From contig JAHLLH010000009.1 in the NCBI GenBank assembly GCA_020444265.1, forward strand, positions 8,427 through 72,426: a stretch of 64,000 nt of DNA, in the 5' to 3' direction. This DNA comes from a bacterium (GTDB lineage: Bacteria; Electryoneota; Electryoneia; Electryoneales; Electryoneaceae). The notes beneath the pieces were generated by a model, which worked only from the letters and a program-made list of their open reading frames with translations, made no database searches and was not told the DNA's origin. Positions 9,357-17,932 of the stretch are shown here, one piece after another; the stretch's first letter is position 1, and every line of letters begins with the position of its first letter. A program made the position numbers and the translations under genes.

Positions 9357-9695
9357 TCACCCCTTCACCAAAAAACCATCCTTCTCGAGCAGGGCGCGGA
9401 TTTTATCGCGCTGGTCGCCCTGGAGTTCGGCGAGGTCGCCTTTGGTGGTGCCCCCGACACCGCAGGCCGCTTTGAGGGATTTGCCTACCTCGAGGATGCG
9501 TGCGCCCGCTGTGCCACGGAACTGAATCACCGTCACCGCCTTGCCACCACGTCCCTTCTTCTCGAGGCGCAGAACAGCTGTTTCCTTGCCGGAGGGTTTT
9601 GCATCAGACTGGCTGTCTTTTTCTCCCTCCCAGTCAATGGGGGAGGGGCCGGTGCTGAAGACGAGTCCATCGGATCGTCTGTTTTTCTTGCTCAT
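9357..9695 (-). CDS. Translation initiation factor SUI1/YciH family protein
   Basis: The 112-aa product ends with the SUI1 fold pattern (KGRGGKAVTVIQF...KAACGVGGTTKGD...IELQGDQRDKIRALLEKDGF). Confidence 0.8.
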   Translation of the reverse strand: MSKKNRRSDGLVFSTGPSPIDWEGEKDSQSDAKPSGKETAVLRLEKKGRGGKAVTVIQFRGTAGARILEVGKSLKAACGVGGTTKGDLAELQGDQRDKIRALLEKDGFLVKG

Positions 9696-10167
9696 CGTGC
9701 CTCTCTCGTGGCGATTCTACTGTCATCCCGGACTTGATCCGGGATCCAGCTATCCGGTCTCGTATCGAGCGACTCTGTTCCATCCGAGGACATCAGAAGC
9801 TGCGAGCGTTGTCCCTTCTCAGCGACACATCCTGCTCACCAACATGGAATCTACCTGTCACAAGTTCCGTCTGACAAATGCCGGCCACCCATCTGTGGGG
9901 AGATGGTCCTTTTAGCACGCCCGCTTTCATTGCAAGTAGATGAACAAGGCTCAAACTTGAATCTCTGGCAACCCAGCGGAGGCTGGATCCCGGGGCAAGC
10001 CCGGGATGACATGTTTGGAAACGCGGGATCGCGGTATATCAGTACACCAAAACCGTGGTTCTTGCTCCCACAAGCCACTGTTGGTCCGTCAATGTCTATG
10101 CAGCGAGTGCTGAAATGCAAGCCGTGGTGACGGGGCACCCCGGCCACTTGGGGCGGTGGTGAAACAC

Positions 10168-10197
10168 AAAAACGGACAGCCAGAGCTGTCCGTTTTG
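10168..10197. terminator. Bidirectional rho-independent terminator (AAAA-ACGGACAGC-CAGA-GCTGTCCGT-TTTT)
   Basis: A 9-bp stem is flanked by an A-run and a T-run. On the minus strand it lies 73 nt downstream of the rex stop codon. Confidence 0.75.
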
Positions 10198-10269
10198 TAT
10201 AGAGATCGATGTTGTAACCCGGGGCTGAAGCCCCGGGCAACCCGAAACATCTAACAGAATTGGTAGGCC

Positions 10270-10935
10270 TTACTCGCCCAATGTCCGGCGCGGTTCGCGA
10301 CGGTTGGTCAGGGCGAAGCTAAGCGCTTCCAGTTCGATCGCCATGTTCTCGTTGCGGACAAAAACTCCGTCCGGCACCTGCACGGTGATCGGGGCGAAGT
10401 TCAGGAATGCACGCACCTTGCACTCGACCAGACGGTCGACCACACCCTGCGCAAACTGCGCGGGGACAGCGACAATGGCGATCTTGATCTTGCCCTTTTT
10501 AACCTCTTCCTCGACATTGGCGAAGTCACGCACTTCGATGCCGTGGTAGACCTTGCCGATCTTGTCGGGATCGTTATCCAGCACCACCTTCATCAGGAAG
10601 CCCTGCTGACGGAACTGGTCGTAATCGATCAACGCGCGACCGATGTTACCCGCACCGACCAGTGCGACATTCCAGGTCTTGTTGATGCCGAGAATACGTG
10701 CGATGTTGCGTTGCAAGTCGGCCACGTAGTAACCCAGGCCGCGCCGTCCGAACGCTCCGAAGAAGGAGAGATCCTTACGCACCTGCGCCGCAGTCAGTGT
10801 GTTCATGTCAGCCAGTTCCTGGCTGGAAATCGTGCGCATCCCCCGGTCGTACGCATACTTGAGCGAGCGATAATACTTGCTCAAGCGCCGTACGGTGGCG
10901 TCCGAAATCTTGTTTCCGTTCGGTGAGACGACCAT
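10270..10935 (-). CDS. rex: Redox-sensing transcriptional repressor Rex
   Basis: An N-terminal winged helix (ATVRRLSKYYRSLKY) is followed by a Rossmann NAD(H)-binding domain (VALVGAGNIGRAL), at the typical length of 221 aa. Confidence 0.9.
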   Translation of the reverse strand: MVVSPNGNKISDATVRRLSKYYRSLKYAYDRGMRTISSQELADMNTLTAAQVRKDLSFFGAFGRRGLGYYVADLQRNIARILGINKTWNVALVGAGNIGRALIDYDQFRQQGFLMKVVLDNDPDKIGKVYHGIEVRDFANVEEEVKKGKIKIAIVAVPAQFAQGVVDRLVECKVRAFLNFAPITVQVPDGVFVRNENMAIELEALSFALTNRREPRRTLGE

Positions 10936-10982
10936 CTCTAGTTCCCCTTTTCTTCCAACCGGGTCAAACGGACCCGGTTGTC

Positions 10983-13541
10983 CTACTCATCGTCGCCAGC
11001 GTTGTCGTCCGCGTCGCCAGCATCAGACTCTGTATCCGTACCGTTATTGTTTTCGTCATCATCGTCCATGAAGGGAGCGTCCGGATCTTCCTCTTCGACC
11101 GCTTCCTCCACTTCGTCCTGACGGGCCACACGTGCCACGGAACCAATCGTATCGCCATCGTCGAGACGGAGCAACCGGACACCCTGCGTGGCGCGTCCAA
11201 TCACACGGACATCCTTGATCGGCAGACGGATCATGACACCCTTCTGGGTGATGATCATCAAGTCGTCATCATCGACCACCTCCATGATGGTCATCATGTG
11301 GCCGACCTTTTCGGAGGTTTTGATGGTGATCACACCACCCGCGCCGCGTTTGGTCAGACGGTAGTCGGTGACATCACTCCGCTTGCCGTAGCCCTTGTCC
11401 GATACAACCAGCAAAGTTCCGGAAACACGGATGACGACCATGCCGACGACACGTTGTCCCTTCGGCAGGTTGACACCACGGACACCAGCTGCGGTACGTC
11501 CCATCGGACGGACATCGGTTTCACGGAAGCGGACTGCCTTGCCGCCGCTGGTACCGAGGATCACTTCGCAGTCGCCATCGGTGACGGACGCTGCTATCAG
11601 CTCGTCCCCATCATGGATATTGATCGCGTTGATCCCGCCCTTGCGGACGTTTTTGTACGAGTCGAGTGACGTTTTCTTGACCGTGCCCAGGCGAGTAGCC
11701 AGCATCAGGTACTTGTCCTCGGCGAACTCCTTGACGTTGACAAACGCCCGGATGTTCTCGCCGCCAAGTGCGAGCAGGTTGACCAGCGCTTTGCCCCGCG
11801 ACGAACGACCCAACTGCGGAATATCATAGACCTTGAGCCAGTGCAGGCGGCCCATGTCGGTGAAGATCAGCAGGTAATCGTGGGTCGATGCCACGAACAG
11901 ATGCTCGATAAAATCTTCTTCCTTGGTCTTGGCGCCTGTTTTGCCGCGACCACCTCGAGCTTGTCGTCGATAAGAGGAAACCGGCTGCCGTTTGATGTAA
12001 CCGGTGTGACTGATGGTGACCACCATGTCTTCTTCGGCGATCATATCCTCGATGGTGAACTCTTCGTAGTGCTTCACCACCTCGGTGCGACGCTCATCGC
12101 CATATTCGTCACGCAGTTCGATCAACTCTTCCTTGATCAGGGAGAGGCGCGCTTCACGATTGGCCAGCAGGGTCTCGAGTTCGGCGATCACTTCACGGAT
12201 CGCTTTGAGCTCATCGACCAACTTCTGGACTTCCAGACCGGTCAGCTTGGCCAGTCGCATGTCGAGAATCGCCTGGGCCTGGACTTCGCTGAGGCCAAAT
12301 TCACCCATCAGGGATTCGCGTGCGGTTTCGACTCCGCTGCTGCCGCGAATAATCTCGATGACCCGGTCGATGTTGTCGACCGCAATCTTCAAGCCTTCGA
12401 GAATGTGTTCGCGTTCCTTCGCCTTGCGCAGCTCGAACTGGGTACGGCGCAGGACGACATCCTCGCGGTGCTCGAGGAACTTCTGCAGGATGTCGCGAAG
12501 GTTCATCAACTTCGGCACGCCCTTGTCGAGGGCGATCATGTTGATCCCGAAGCTGGACTGCATCTGTGTATGCTTGTAGAGCTGGTTAAGGATAATGTCG
12601 GCGATCGCATCACGCTTGAGCTCGATTACGACTCGTGTACCGTCACGATCGGACTCGTCACGGATATCCCGAATGCCCTCGATCTTCTTGTCGTTGACCA
12701 ACTCTGCGATGCGGAGGATCATCGAGGTCTTGTTGACCTGGTACGGCAACTCGGTGACCACGATCGACTGCATGTCCCCCTTGCCCTCTTCCACATGGGC
12801 ACGGGCACGGATGACCACTCGTCCACGGCCGGTACGGTAGCCCTCATGGACCCCGGAGATGCCGTAGATGATGCCGCCGGTGGGGAAGTCAGGCGCGGTG
12901 ACATACTTGATCAAATCATCGATTTCGCAATCGGGATTGTCGATCAGGTAGGAAATCGCGTTGACAATTTCGGTCAGGTTGTGCGGGGGGATGTTGGTCG
13001 CCATACCGACGGCGATACCACCAACCCCGTTGACCAGCAAGTTGGGAAGCTTGGCCGGGAGGACAACCGGTTCCTTCAGGCTGTCATCATAGTTCGGTGC
13101 AAAGTCGACCGTATCCTTGTCAAAATCGTCGAGCATTTCCTCGGCGATTTTGTGGAGACGGGCTTCGGTGTAACGCATGGCCGCGGCACCGTCCCCATCG
13201 ACCGAACCGAAGTTGCCTTGCCCATCCACCAGCGGGTAGCGCAGCGAAAAGTTCTGTGCCATTCGCACGAGTGTATCGTAAATCGCGGAGTCGCCATGAG
13301 GGTGGTACTTACCCATGACATCACCAACGATACGTGCAGATTTTTTGTACGAAGACCGGGCTCCAACGCCCAACTCACGCATACCATAGAGGATGCGGCG
13401 GTGGACCGGCTTCAAGCCGTCCCGCACATCCGGCAGGGCGCGCGAGACGATGACCGACATGGAGTAATCGAGGTAGGAGTTGCGCATCTCTTGTTCGAGG
13501 GAGACCTCGCGGATGCGTTCTCCAGTAAACTGCAGGCTCAT
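10983..13541 (-). CDS. gyrA: DNA gyrase subunit A, with an acidic C-terminal tail
   Basis: The active-site region (AMRYTEARL), the GyrA box and C-terminal beta-pinwheel repeats are present across 852 aa. The protein ends in a D/E-rich tail. Confidence 0.97.
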   Translation of the reverse strand: MSLQFTGERIREVSLEQEMRNSYLDYSMSVIVSRALPDVRDGLKPVHRRILYGMRELGVGARSSYKKSARIVGDVMGKYHPHGDSAIYDTLVRMAQNFSLRYPLVDGQGNFGSVDGDGAAAMRYTEARLHKIAEEMLDDFDKDTVDFAPNYDDSLKEPVVLPAKLPNLLVNGVGGIAVGMATNIPPHNLTEIVNAISYLIDNPDCEIDDLIKYVTAPDFPTGGIIYGISGVHEGYRTGRGRVVIRARAHVEEGKGDMQSIVVTELPYQVNKTSMILRIAELVNDKKIEGIRDIRDESDRDGTRVVIELKRDAIADIILNQLYKHTQMQSSFGINMIALDKGVPKLMNLRDILQKFLEHREDVVLRRTQFELRKAKEREHILEGLKIAVDNIDRVIEIIRGSSGVETARESLMGEFGLSEVQAQAILDMRLAKLTGLEVQKLVDELKAIREVIAELETLLANREARLSLIKEELIELRDEYGDERRTEVVKHYEEFTIEDMIAEEDMVVTISHTGYIKRQPVSSYRRQARGGRGKTGAKTKEEDFIEHLFVASTHDYLLIFTDMGRLHWLKVYDIPQLGRSSRGKALVNLLALGGENIRAFVNVKEFAEDKYLMLATRLGTVKKTSLDSYKNVRKGGINAINIHDGDELIAASVTDGDCEVILGTSGGKAVRFRETDVRPMGRTAAGVRGVNLPKGQRVVGMVVIRVSGTLLVVSDKGYGKRSDVTDYRLTKRGAGGVITIKTSEKVGHMMTIMEVVDDDDLMIITQKGVMIRLPIKDVRVIGRATQGVRLLRLDDGDTIGSVARVARQDEVEEAVEEEDPDAPFMDDDDENNNGTDTESDAGDADDNAGDDE

Positions 13542-14462
13542 GGTGTGGGTTATGCTCCGTAGATGCTGATCTGGTTTCCGAGCAAGGGATAGAGTGTCAC
13601 GCTAAACCCACGCGATATAGAACATACCTGGCTCGGGATGTCGGACAGGGACCGGGAACGGCTTGTTGCAAATCAGGTTTTGGAGGGTGGAATCTTGGAT
13701 AGGATCGGTATGATCAATCGGGGATTCCCCCCTGACAGAACCTGGGCAAAGCCGCACGGCCCCGGGAAGTTTGTCTCCCTGCTCCCAGAACCCGGGACCA
13801 AGAAAAAATATACGCACACTTTTTCACATAGGACAAGCGGAATTCAGAGAAATGCCTCCCTTGCTCTTTGTGATGCCTCTAATTTAAGTAATTGGTAAAT
13901 AATGGGATAAATTTACGTGAAATGCTATTGCATCTTTCTGGGACTGGATGCTGCCTGCGACGGTTCCCAGTAGAAACAATACCCACTGAAATTTCTTGTT
14001 CTTACCTAAAGTCAGGTTCCACTCCGGGCTCCGGGGGAAGTGAATAAGATGATAGTGGGGGTGCGTGGAGTGTTGCGTCCATGTCTCGAGCCCTATATTA
14101 CAGAGTGTAAGACGAGTTCATTCTTGCACGAAACGGGCCAATAACGGTCCAAAGTCGTTCAAACTCGCATCAAGCTTATTGTAGAAGGTGATCATGAGGC
14201 AGCTCAGCAAAATTGAGCAGAATGCCCCGCTTCGGAACCGCACGGTTCCGTCGATCCCTCTCTGCACCCCTGCCTGGTGGCGATGGCGGGGCCTTACCCG
14301 CCGTTAACCTCTAGTGTGACTTCGTGGGCATGTCCCACAGTCATCCGTACGTGCACCCGCACGGCGTCAATCCTATTCCCAAAGTCCCGTTCCGGCTTGT
14401 GACCGTACCGCGAAGTACGTCCACTGCTTGTTCATTCCCGGCCCGGGACGGTCGATGATCTG

Positions 14463-14557
14463 CCGTTAATTAGTGACAGTTACTAATTAACTGGTGGTAG
14501 GTAAGCTATTGAGTTTGTAAAGCTGTTTTAATTAGTAACTGTCACTAATTAACGGCT
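14463..14557. promoter_or_regulatory. 95-bp AT-rich element with 29-bp perfect terminal inverted repeats (GCCGTTAATTAGTGACAGTTACTAATTAA ... TTAATTAGTAACTGTCACTAATTAACGGC) 56 bp upstream of the TrpB2 gene; candidate operator or MITE-like insertion
   Basis: The two copies are exact reverse complements (checked base by base) and each is internally near-palindromic. AT content is high against a GC-rich background. A Shine-Dalgarno sequence (AAAGGAG) and the ATG follow downstream. Confidence 0.55.
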
Positions 14558-14612
14558 TTCAAACAGAGATGACCTGTCCATCGAGGACGGTTCGATAAAA
14601 GGAGTTTGTACG

Positions 14613-15971
14613 ATGCAGCACACACGCATCCAGCTCGCACAGGACGATATCCCGAAGCAGTATTACAACATCCAGGCCGATCTCCCGGAAGCTTTGCCGC
14701 CGGTGATTCATCCCGGTACCGGGCAGCCCATCGGTCCGGACGATCTGGCCCCCCTCTTTCCGATGGAACTGATCGGGCAGGAAGTGAGCCAGGAAAGGTT
14801 CATTGACATTCCTGACGAAGTCCGTGACGTCTATTCGATGTGGAGACCAACCCCGTTGATCCGAGCTGTGCGCCTCGAAAAAGCGCTCGATACGCCAGCG
14901 AAGATCTACTACAAGTATGAGGGCACGAGTCCGGCTGGCAGCCACAAGCCGAATACCGCCGTGCCGCAAGCCTATTACAACAAAGTGGCGGGGATCAAAA
15001 AGCTGACAACCGAAACCGGTGCTGGGCAGTGGGGCAGCGCACTTTCCTTCGCTTGCCAACTGATGGGAATTGACCTGGAAGTCTACATGGTCAAGGCGAG
15101 CTACAACCAGAAACCGTATCGTCGATCGATGATCCAGACCTGGGGCGGGCAGGTGTTTCCGAGCCCCAGCGACCGGACCCAGGCGGGCCGTAATGTGCTC
15201 TCGATCAGCCCGGACAGCCCAGGCAGCCTGGGTATCGCGATTAGCGAGGCAGTCGAGCTTGCTGCGACCCGTGAGGATACCAAGTATGCCCTCGGTAGCG
15301 TGCTGAACCACGTGCTGATGCACCAGACGGTGATCGGGGAAGAGGTAAAACGTGGCTTCGAGATCATCGGTGACGAACCGGACATCCTGGTAGCCTGTGT
15401 CGGCGGTGGGTCGAACTTCGGCGGTTTTACTTTCCCCTTCCTCGCGGACAAGATGAACGGCAAGTCCGATATGCGTGTGGTCGCCGTCGAACCGACCGCT
15501 GCGCCAAGCCTGACCAAGGGGCAGTATGTCTATGATTTCGGAGATACGGCCCAGACCACCCCGCTGATGAAGATGTACACCCTCGGGCACAGCTTCATCC
15601 CGGCCCCGATCCACGCCGGAGGGTTGCGTTACCACGGCATGGCACCTCTGGTCTGCCACCTCTATGACCTTGGCTTCATCGAGGCGGTGGCGGTGACGCA
15701 GACAAAGGTGTTCGAGGCAGCGGTCCTCTTCGCACGGACAGAGGGGATTGTCCCGGCGCCGGAACCGAGCCATGCGATCCGAGTCGCGATCGATGAGGCG
15801 TTGAGGTGCAAGGAGAGTGGCGAAGCGAAGACCATCTGCTTCGACCTCTGCGGGCATGGCCATTTCGACATGGCGGCCTATGACGCGCACCTGTCAGGCA
15901 GCCTGGAGGATTACCAGTATCCCGAGACGGAAGTCGGGAAAGCACTCAGCCTGTTGCCGAAGGTTGGGTAG
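14613..15971 (+). CDS. TrpB-like PLP-dependent enzyme (tryptophan synthase beta chain 2, TrpB2 family)
   Basis: The 452-aa length with N-terminal extension matches TrpB2. The PLP lysine context ([16 protein letters not shown]) and glycine loop (GGGSNFGG) are present, preceded by a strong SD. Confidence 0.82.
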   Translation: MQHTRIQLAQDDIPKQYYNIQADLPEALPPVIHPGTGQPIGPDDLAPLFPMELIGQEVSQERFIDIPDEVRDVYSMWRPTPLIRAVRLEKALDTPAKIYYKYEGTSPAGSHKPNTAVPQAYYNKVAGIKKLTTETGAGQWGSALSFACQLMGIDLEVYMVKASYNQKPYRRSMIQTWGGQVFPSPSDRTQAGRNVLSISPDSPGSLGIAISEAVELAATREDTKYALGSVLNHVLMHQTVIGEEVKRGFEIIGDEPDILVACVGGGSNFGGFTFPFLADKMNGKSDMRVVAVEPTAAPSLTKGQYVYDFGDTAQTTPLMKMYTLGHSFIPAPIHAGGLRYHGMAPLVCHLYDLGFIEAVAVTQTKVFEAAVLFARTEGIVPAPEPSHAIRVAIDEALRCKESGEAKTICFDLCGHGHFDMAAYDAHLSGSLEDYQYPETEVGKALSLLPKVG

Positions 15972-15986
15972 CAGTTCTTCTGTGTG

Positions 15987-16016
15987 GCCCGGGCAATCTT
16001 GTTGCCCGGGTTTCTT
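15987..16016 (+). terminator. Rho-independent terminator GCCCGGGCAA-TCTTG-TTGCCCGGG + TTTCTT
   Basis: The hairpin is followed by a T-rich run immediately after the TrpB2 stop. The stem is almost identical to the terminator after sucB at 56724. Confidence 0.8.
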
Positions 16017-16031
16017 GGGCACGAACCCGTT

Positions 16032-16120
16032 CCGGCAGGCCTCTGAGCCTGCCGGATTTTCTGTCAGACGAGGGCGTCTGACAGAACGGGTCTTGACTTG
16101 AGCGTCCGGCAGAACGCTCG
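16032..16120. terminator. Three further GC hairpins in tandem in the convergent TrpB2 / TetR gap (CCGGCAGGC...GCCTGCCGG+ATTTT; TCTGTCAGACG-AGGG-CGTCTGACAGA; GAGCGT...ACGCTC)
   Basis: All three are perfect stems when read directly. The first is followed by ATTTT. Confidence 0.5.
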
Positions 16121-16446
16121 CTTAATAGCTGGAACCACGGTGCTGACATGCACGCTTGGGGGGCGGGGCACCCAAGCCACTTGCCTCTGTCATCCCCAGG
16201 GCGATATCCGGCGGTAGCTGGATTGTGTCCGCAGGACACCCCCAGCCCGTCGGGGATCCCCTTTGATCGAAGCCGCTCGGTATGTTTCCATAGGCGGGGG
16301 ATGCCCGACCCGTCTTCGCTGTGGCTATGCCGGGCAGGCGACCGCAACATCTACTTCGTGTCGGTTGGCACCGACATGCGGTCTGGGCATGACAGGTTTT
16401 ATTCTCATAACCGCACATGTTGGGCATGACAGCTCGATATGTTCGA

Positions 16447-17043
16447 CTACTCCTTCGGTGGCAGGATGCCATGCCTCAGCATCTGCAGCATGGAGTTGTG
16501 TTTCAGCTCGAGGAAGGTGTCTACATCCATGCTGGGGTACATCTGGACGATGGAGTCGATGTTGACATGGCTGACGGAAACCATGGAGTCGAGGAGGAAG
16601 CTGAGAGTCGCAGGATCAATCGCAATTTTCCCCTGCTCGTACATCTTGGCAAGCTGCTCGAAAAAGCCGGAGGGGTAGAAGCTGCGGTTCATCACTTTCC
16701 GCATGCTGTCCGGTCCTTCGGACATTGCCCTGAAAAAGATCGAAGCGATCTCACGTCTATCGACCAGGAACTGGTCGAGCAAACGCATCGATTTATCGAT
16801 CATCGCGATCGGGTCTGTTTCCTCTTCGACCGCAAAGGAAATGGCTGAGACGATTGGTTCGGTTGCTTCCATCAGGCACTCGTCCAGCAGCTGATCCTCA
16901 TCGGTAAAGATCGAATGCGCGGCACCAACCTCCACGCCCGCCGCATCGGCCACATGCTTGATGGTCGTGTCGTGTATTCCCTGCTTGCTGTACAGGTCGA
17001 GTGCGTGGTTCAACAGTGCGCGTCGAATCTCTGAAATTTCCAT
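16447..17043 (-). CDS. TetR/AcrR family transcriptional regulator
   Basis: An N-terminal HTH (LYSKQGIHDTTIKHVADAAGVEVGAAHSIF) is followed by an all-helical ligand-binding domain. The length is 198 aa. Confidence 0.75.
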   Translation of the reverse strand: MEISEIRRALLNHALDLYSKQGIHDTTIKHVADAAGVEVGAAHSIFTDEDQLLDECLMEATEPIVSAISFAVEEETDPIAMIDKSMRLLDQFLVDRREIASIFFRAMSEGPDSMRKVMNRSFYPSGFFEQLAKMYEQGKIAIDPATLSFLLDSMVSVSHVNIDSIVQMYPSMDVDTFLELKHNSMLQMLRHGILPPKE

Positions 17044-17069
17044 AGTTCCCCCAGCTTGTCCAGCAACGA

Positions 17070-17816
17070 CTATAAGAGCACATCCAGTTTCGTAGAGGTC
17101 AAGGTAACCCCATCGGAGGTTACTTCTGCCAGCATCGGGATTGCTTCGACACCAACCTCAAGCGCCTCGCGAAACTTCTCCGCATAACCGGGATCGAAAC
17201 CTCGCGCAATGGCGAATCGTTTCGCATCGGCCCGTTGCGCGGTGTAGAGCATGACCGCTCGTTCCCCGGCCTTCACCCGTCCCATCAGCTCATCGAGATG
17301 TTTCGCGCCACGGCTGGTGACCGCATCCGGGAAGGTGGCGATGTCACCCACATTTAGTGAGGTCTTGTCGCCCGGGTCCTCCTGCACGACAGTCGTGTTT
17401 TTCACCTCAACCCAGCAAGGGGGACGGTCCTTTGATTCAAGTAACAGGTCAATCCGGCTGTGGTCTCCCAGCTTGACCTCGCTACGGACCGTGTCATACC
17501 CCTCCAGCCCTGGCACAATTCCCGCTTCGATGGCTTCCTTCGAGATGTGATTCGGGATGGCGGTGTTGACCCCGACCCAGATCACCTGCCCATCGGGCCG
17601 AGTTACTTCGATCTGTTCGAGACCGTAACGGAGTTTCCGTGTCGGCGCATGAGGTCCGCTGATGCGTACACGGTTGCCCTCGTCCTTCAGCCCCGCCATC
17701 GAGCCGGAGTTGGGGCAGTGGACGGTCATCTCTTCGCCATCCACCAGTACATCGGCGAGAAATCGTTTGTAGCGACGCAGCAAGCGTCCCTCGAGAATCG
17801 GTGTCTTGTAGCGCAT
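17070..17816 (-). CDS. sfsA: Sugar fermentation stimulation protein A (SfsA)
   Basis: The 248-aa length and pattern (GRLLRRYKRFLADV...CPNSGSM...) are characteristic of SfsA. Confidence 0.85.
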   Translation of the reverse strand: MRYKTPILEGRLLRRYKRFLADVLVDGEEMTVHCPNSGSMAGLKDEGNRVRISGPHAPTRKLRYGLEQIEVTRPDGQVIWVGVNTAIPNHISKEAIEAGIVPGLEGYDTVRSEVKLGDHSRIDLLLESKDRPPCWVEVKNTTVVQEDPGDKTSLNVGDIATFPDAVTSRGAKHLDELMGRVKAGERAVMLYTAQRADAKRFAIARGFDPGYAEKFREALEVGVEAIPMLAEVTSDGVTLTSTKLDVLL

Positions 17817-17932
17817 GGATGGAAGGTAGCAGTCTCAGAACAGAGCTACCAGACAAAATCAGGTTGGATGTGCCCTTGTTCGGGCTCCATATGTCTGTTA
17901 CGAAAAACGTGCCGATTACTCGGTACGTACCA

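Noticed and set aside
10218-10237. tmRNA-like 5' motif GGGGCTGAAG
   Set aside because: The motif is part of a local CCCGGGGC/GCCCCGGG hairpin. A tmRNA body would run into the rex coding region, and no tRNA-like 3' end (TTCGA.TCC...CCA) is present.
11841-13562. 573-aa plus-strand ORF
   Set aside because: It is antisense within gyrA, its product is low-complexity (D/V/G/L-rich), and it is a GC-bias artefact.
14276-14310. Fluoride/crcB riboswitch-like GGCGATGG...CCCGCC
   Set aside because: Loop lengths and the pseudoknot partner do not match the riboswitch consensus, and the downstream gene is unrelated to fluoride.
14023-14404. Possible RNase P RNA (TCCGGGCTCC and CCGGCTT motifs about 360 nt apart)
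   Set aside because: The upstream GGAAAG context and a P4 helix with the bulged U cannot be formed. The substitution breaks the conserved pairing without compensation.
14559-15890. 443-aa minus-strand ORF
   Set aside because: It is antisense to the TrpB2-like gene, which has clear PLP-enzyme motifs and an SD. No motifs were found in the antisense product.
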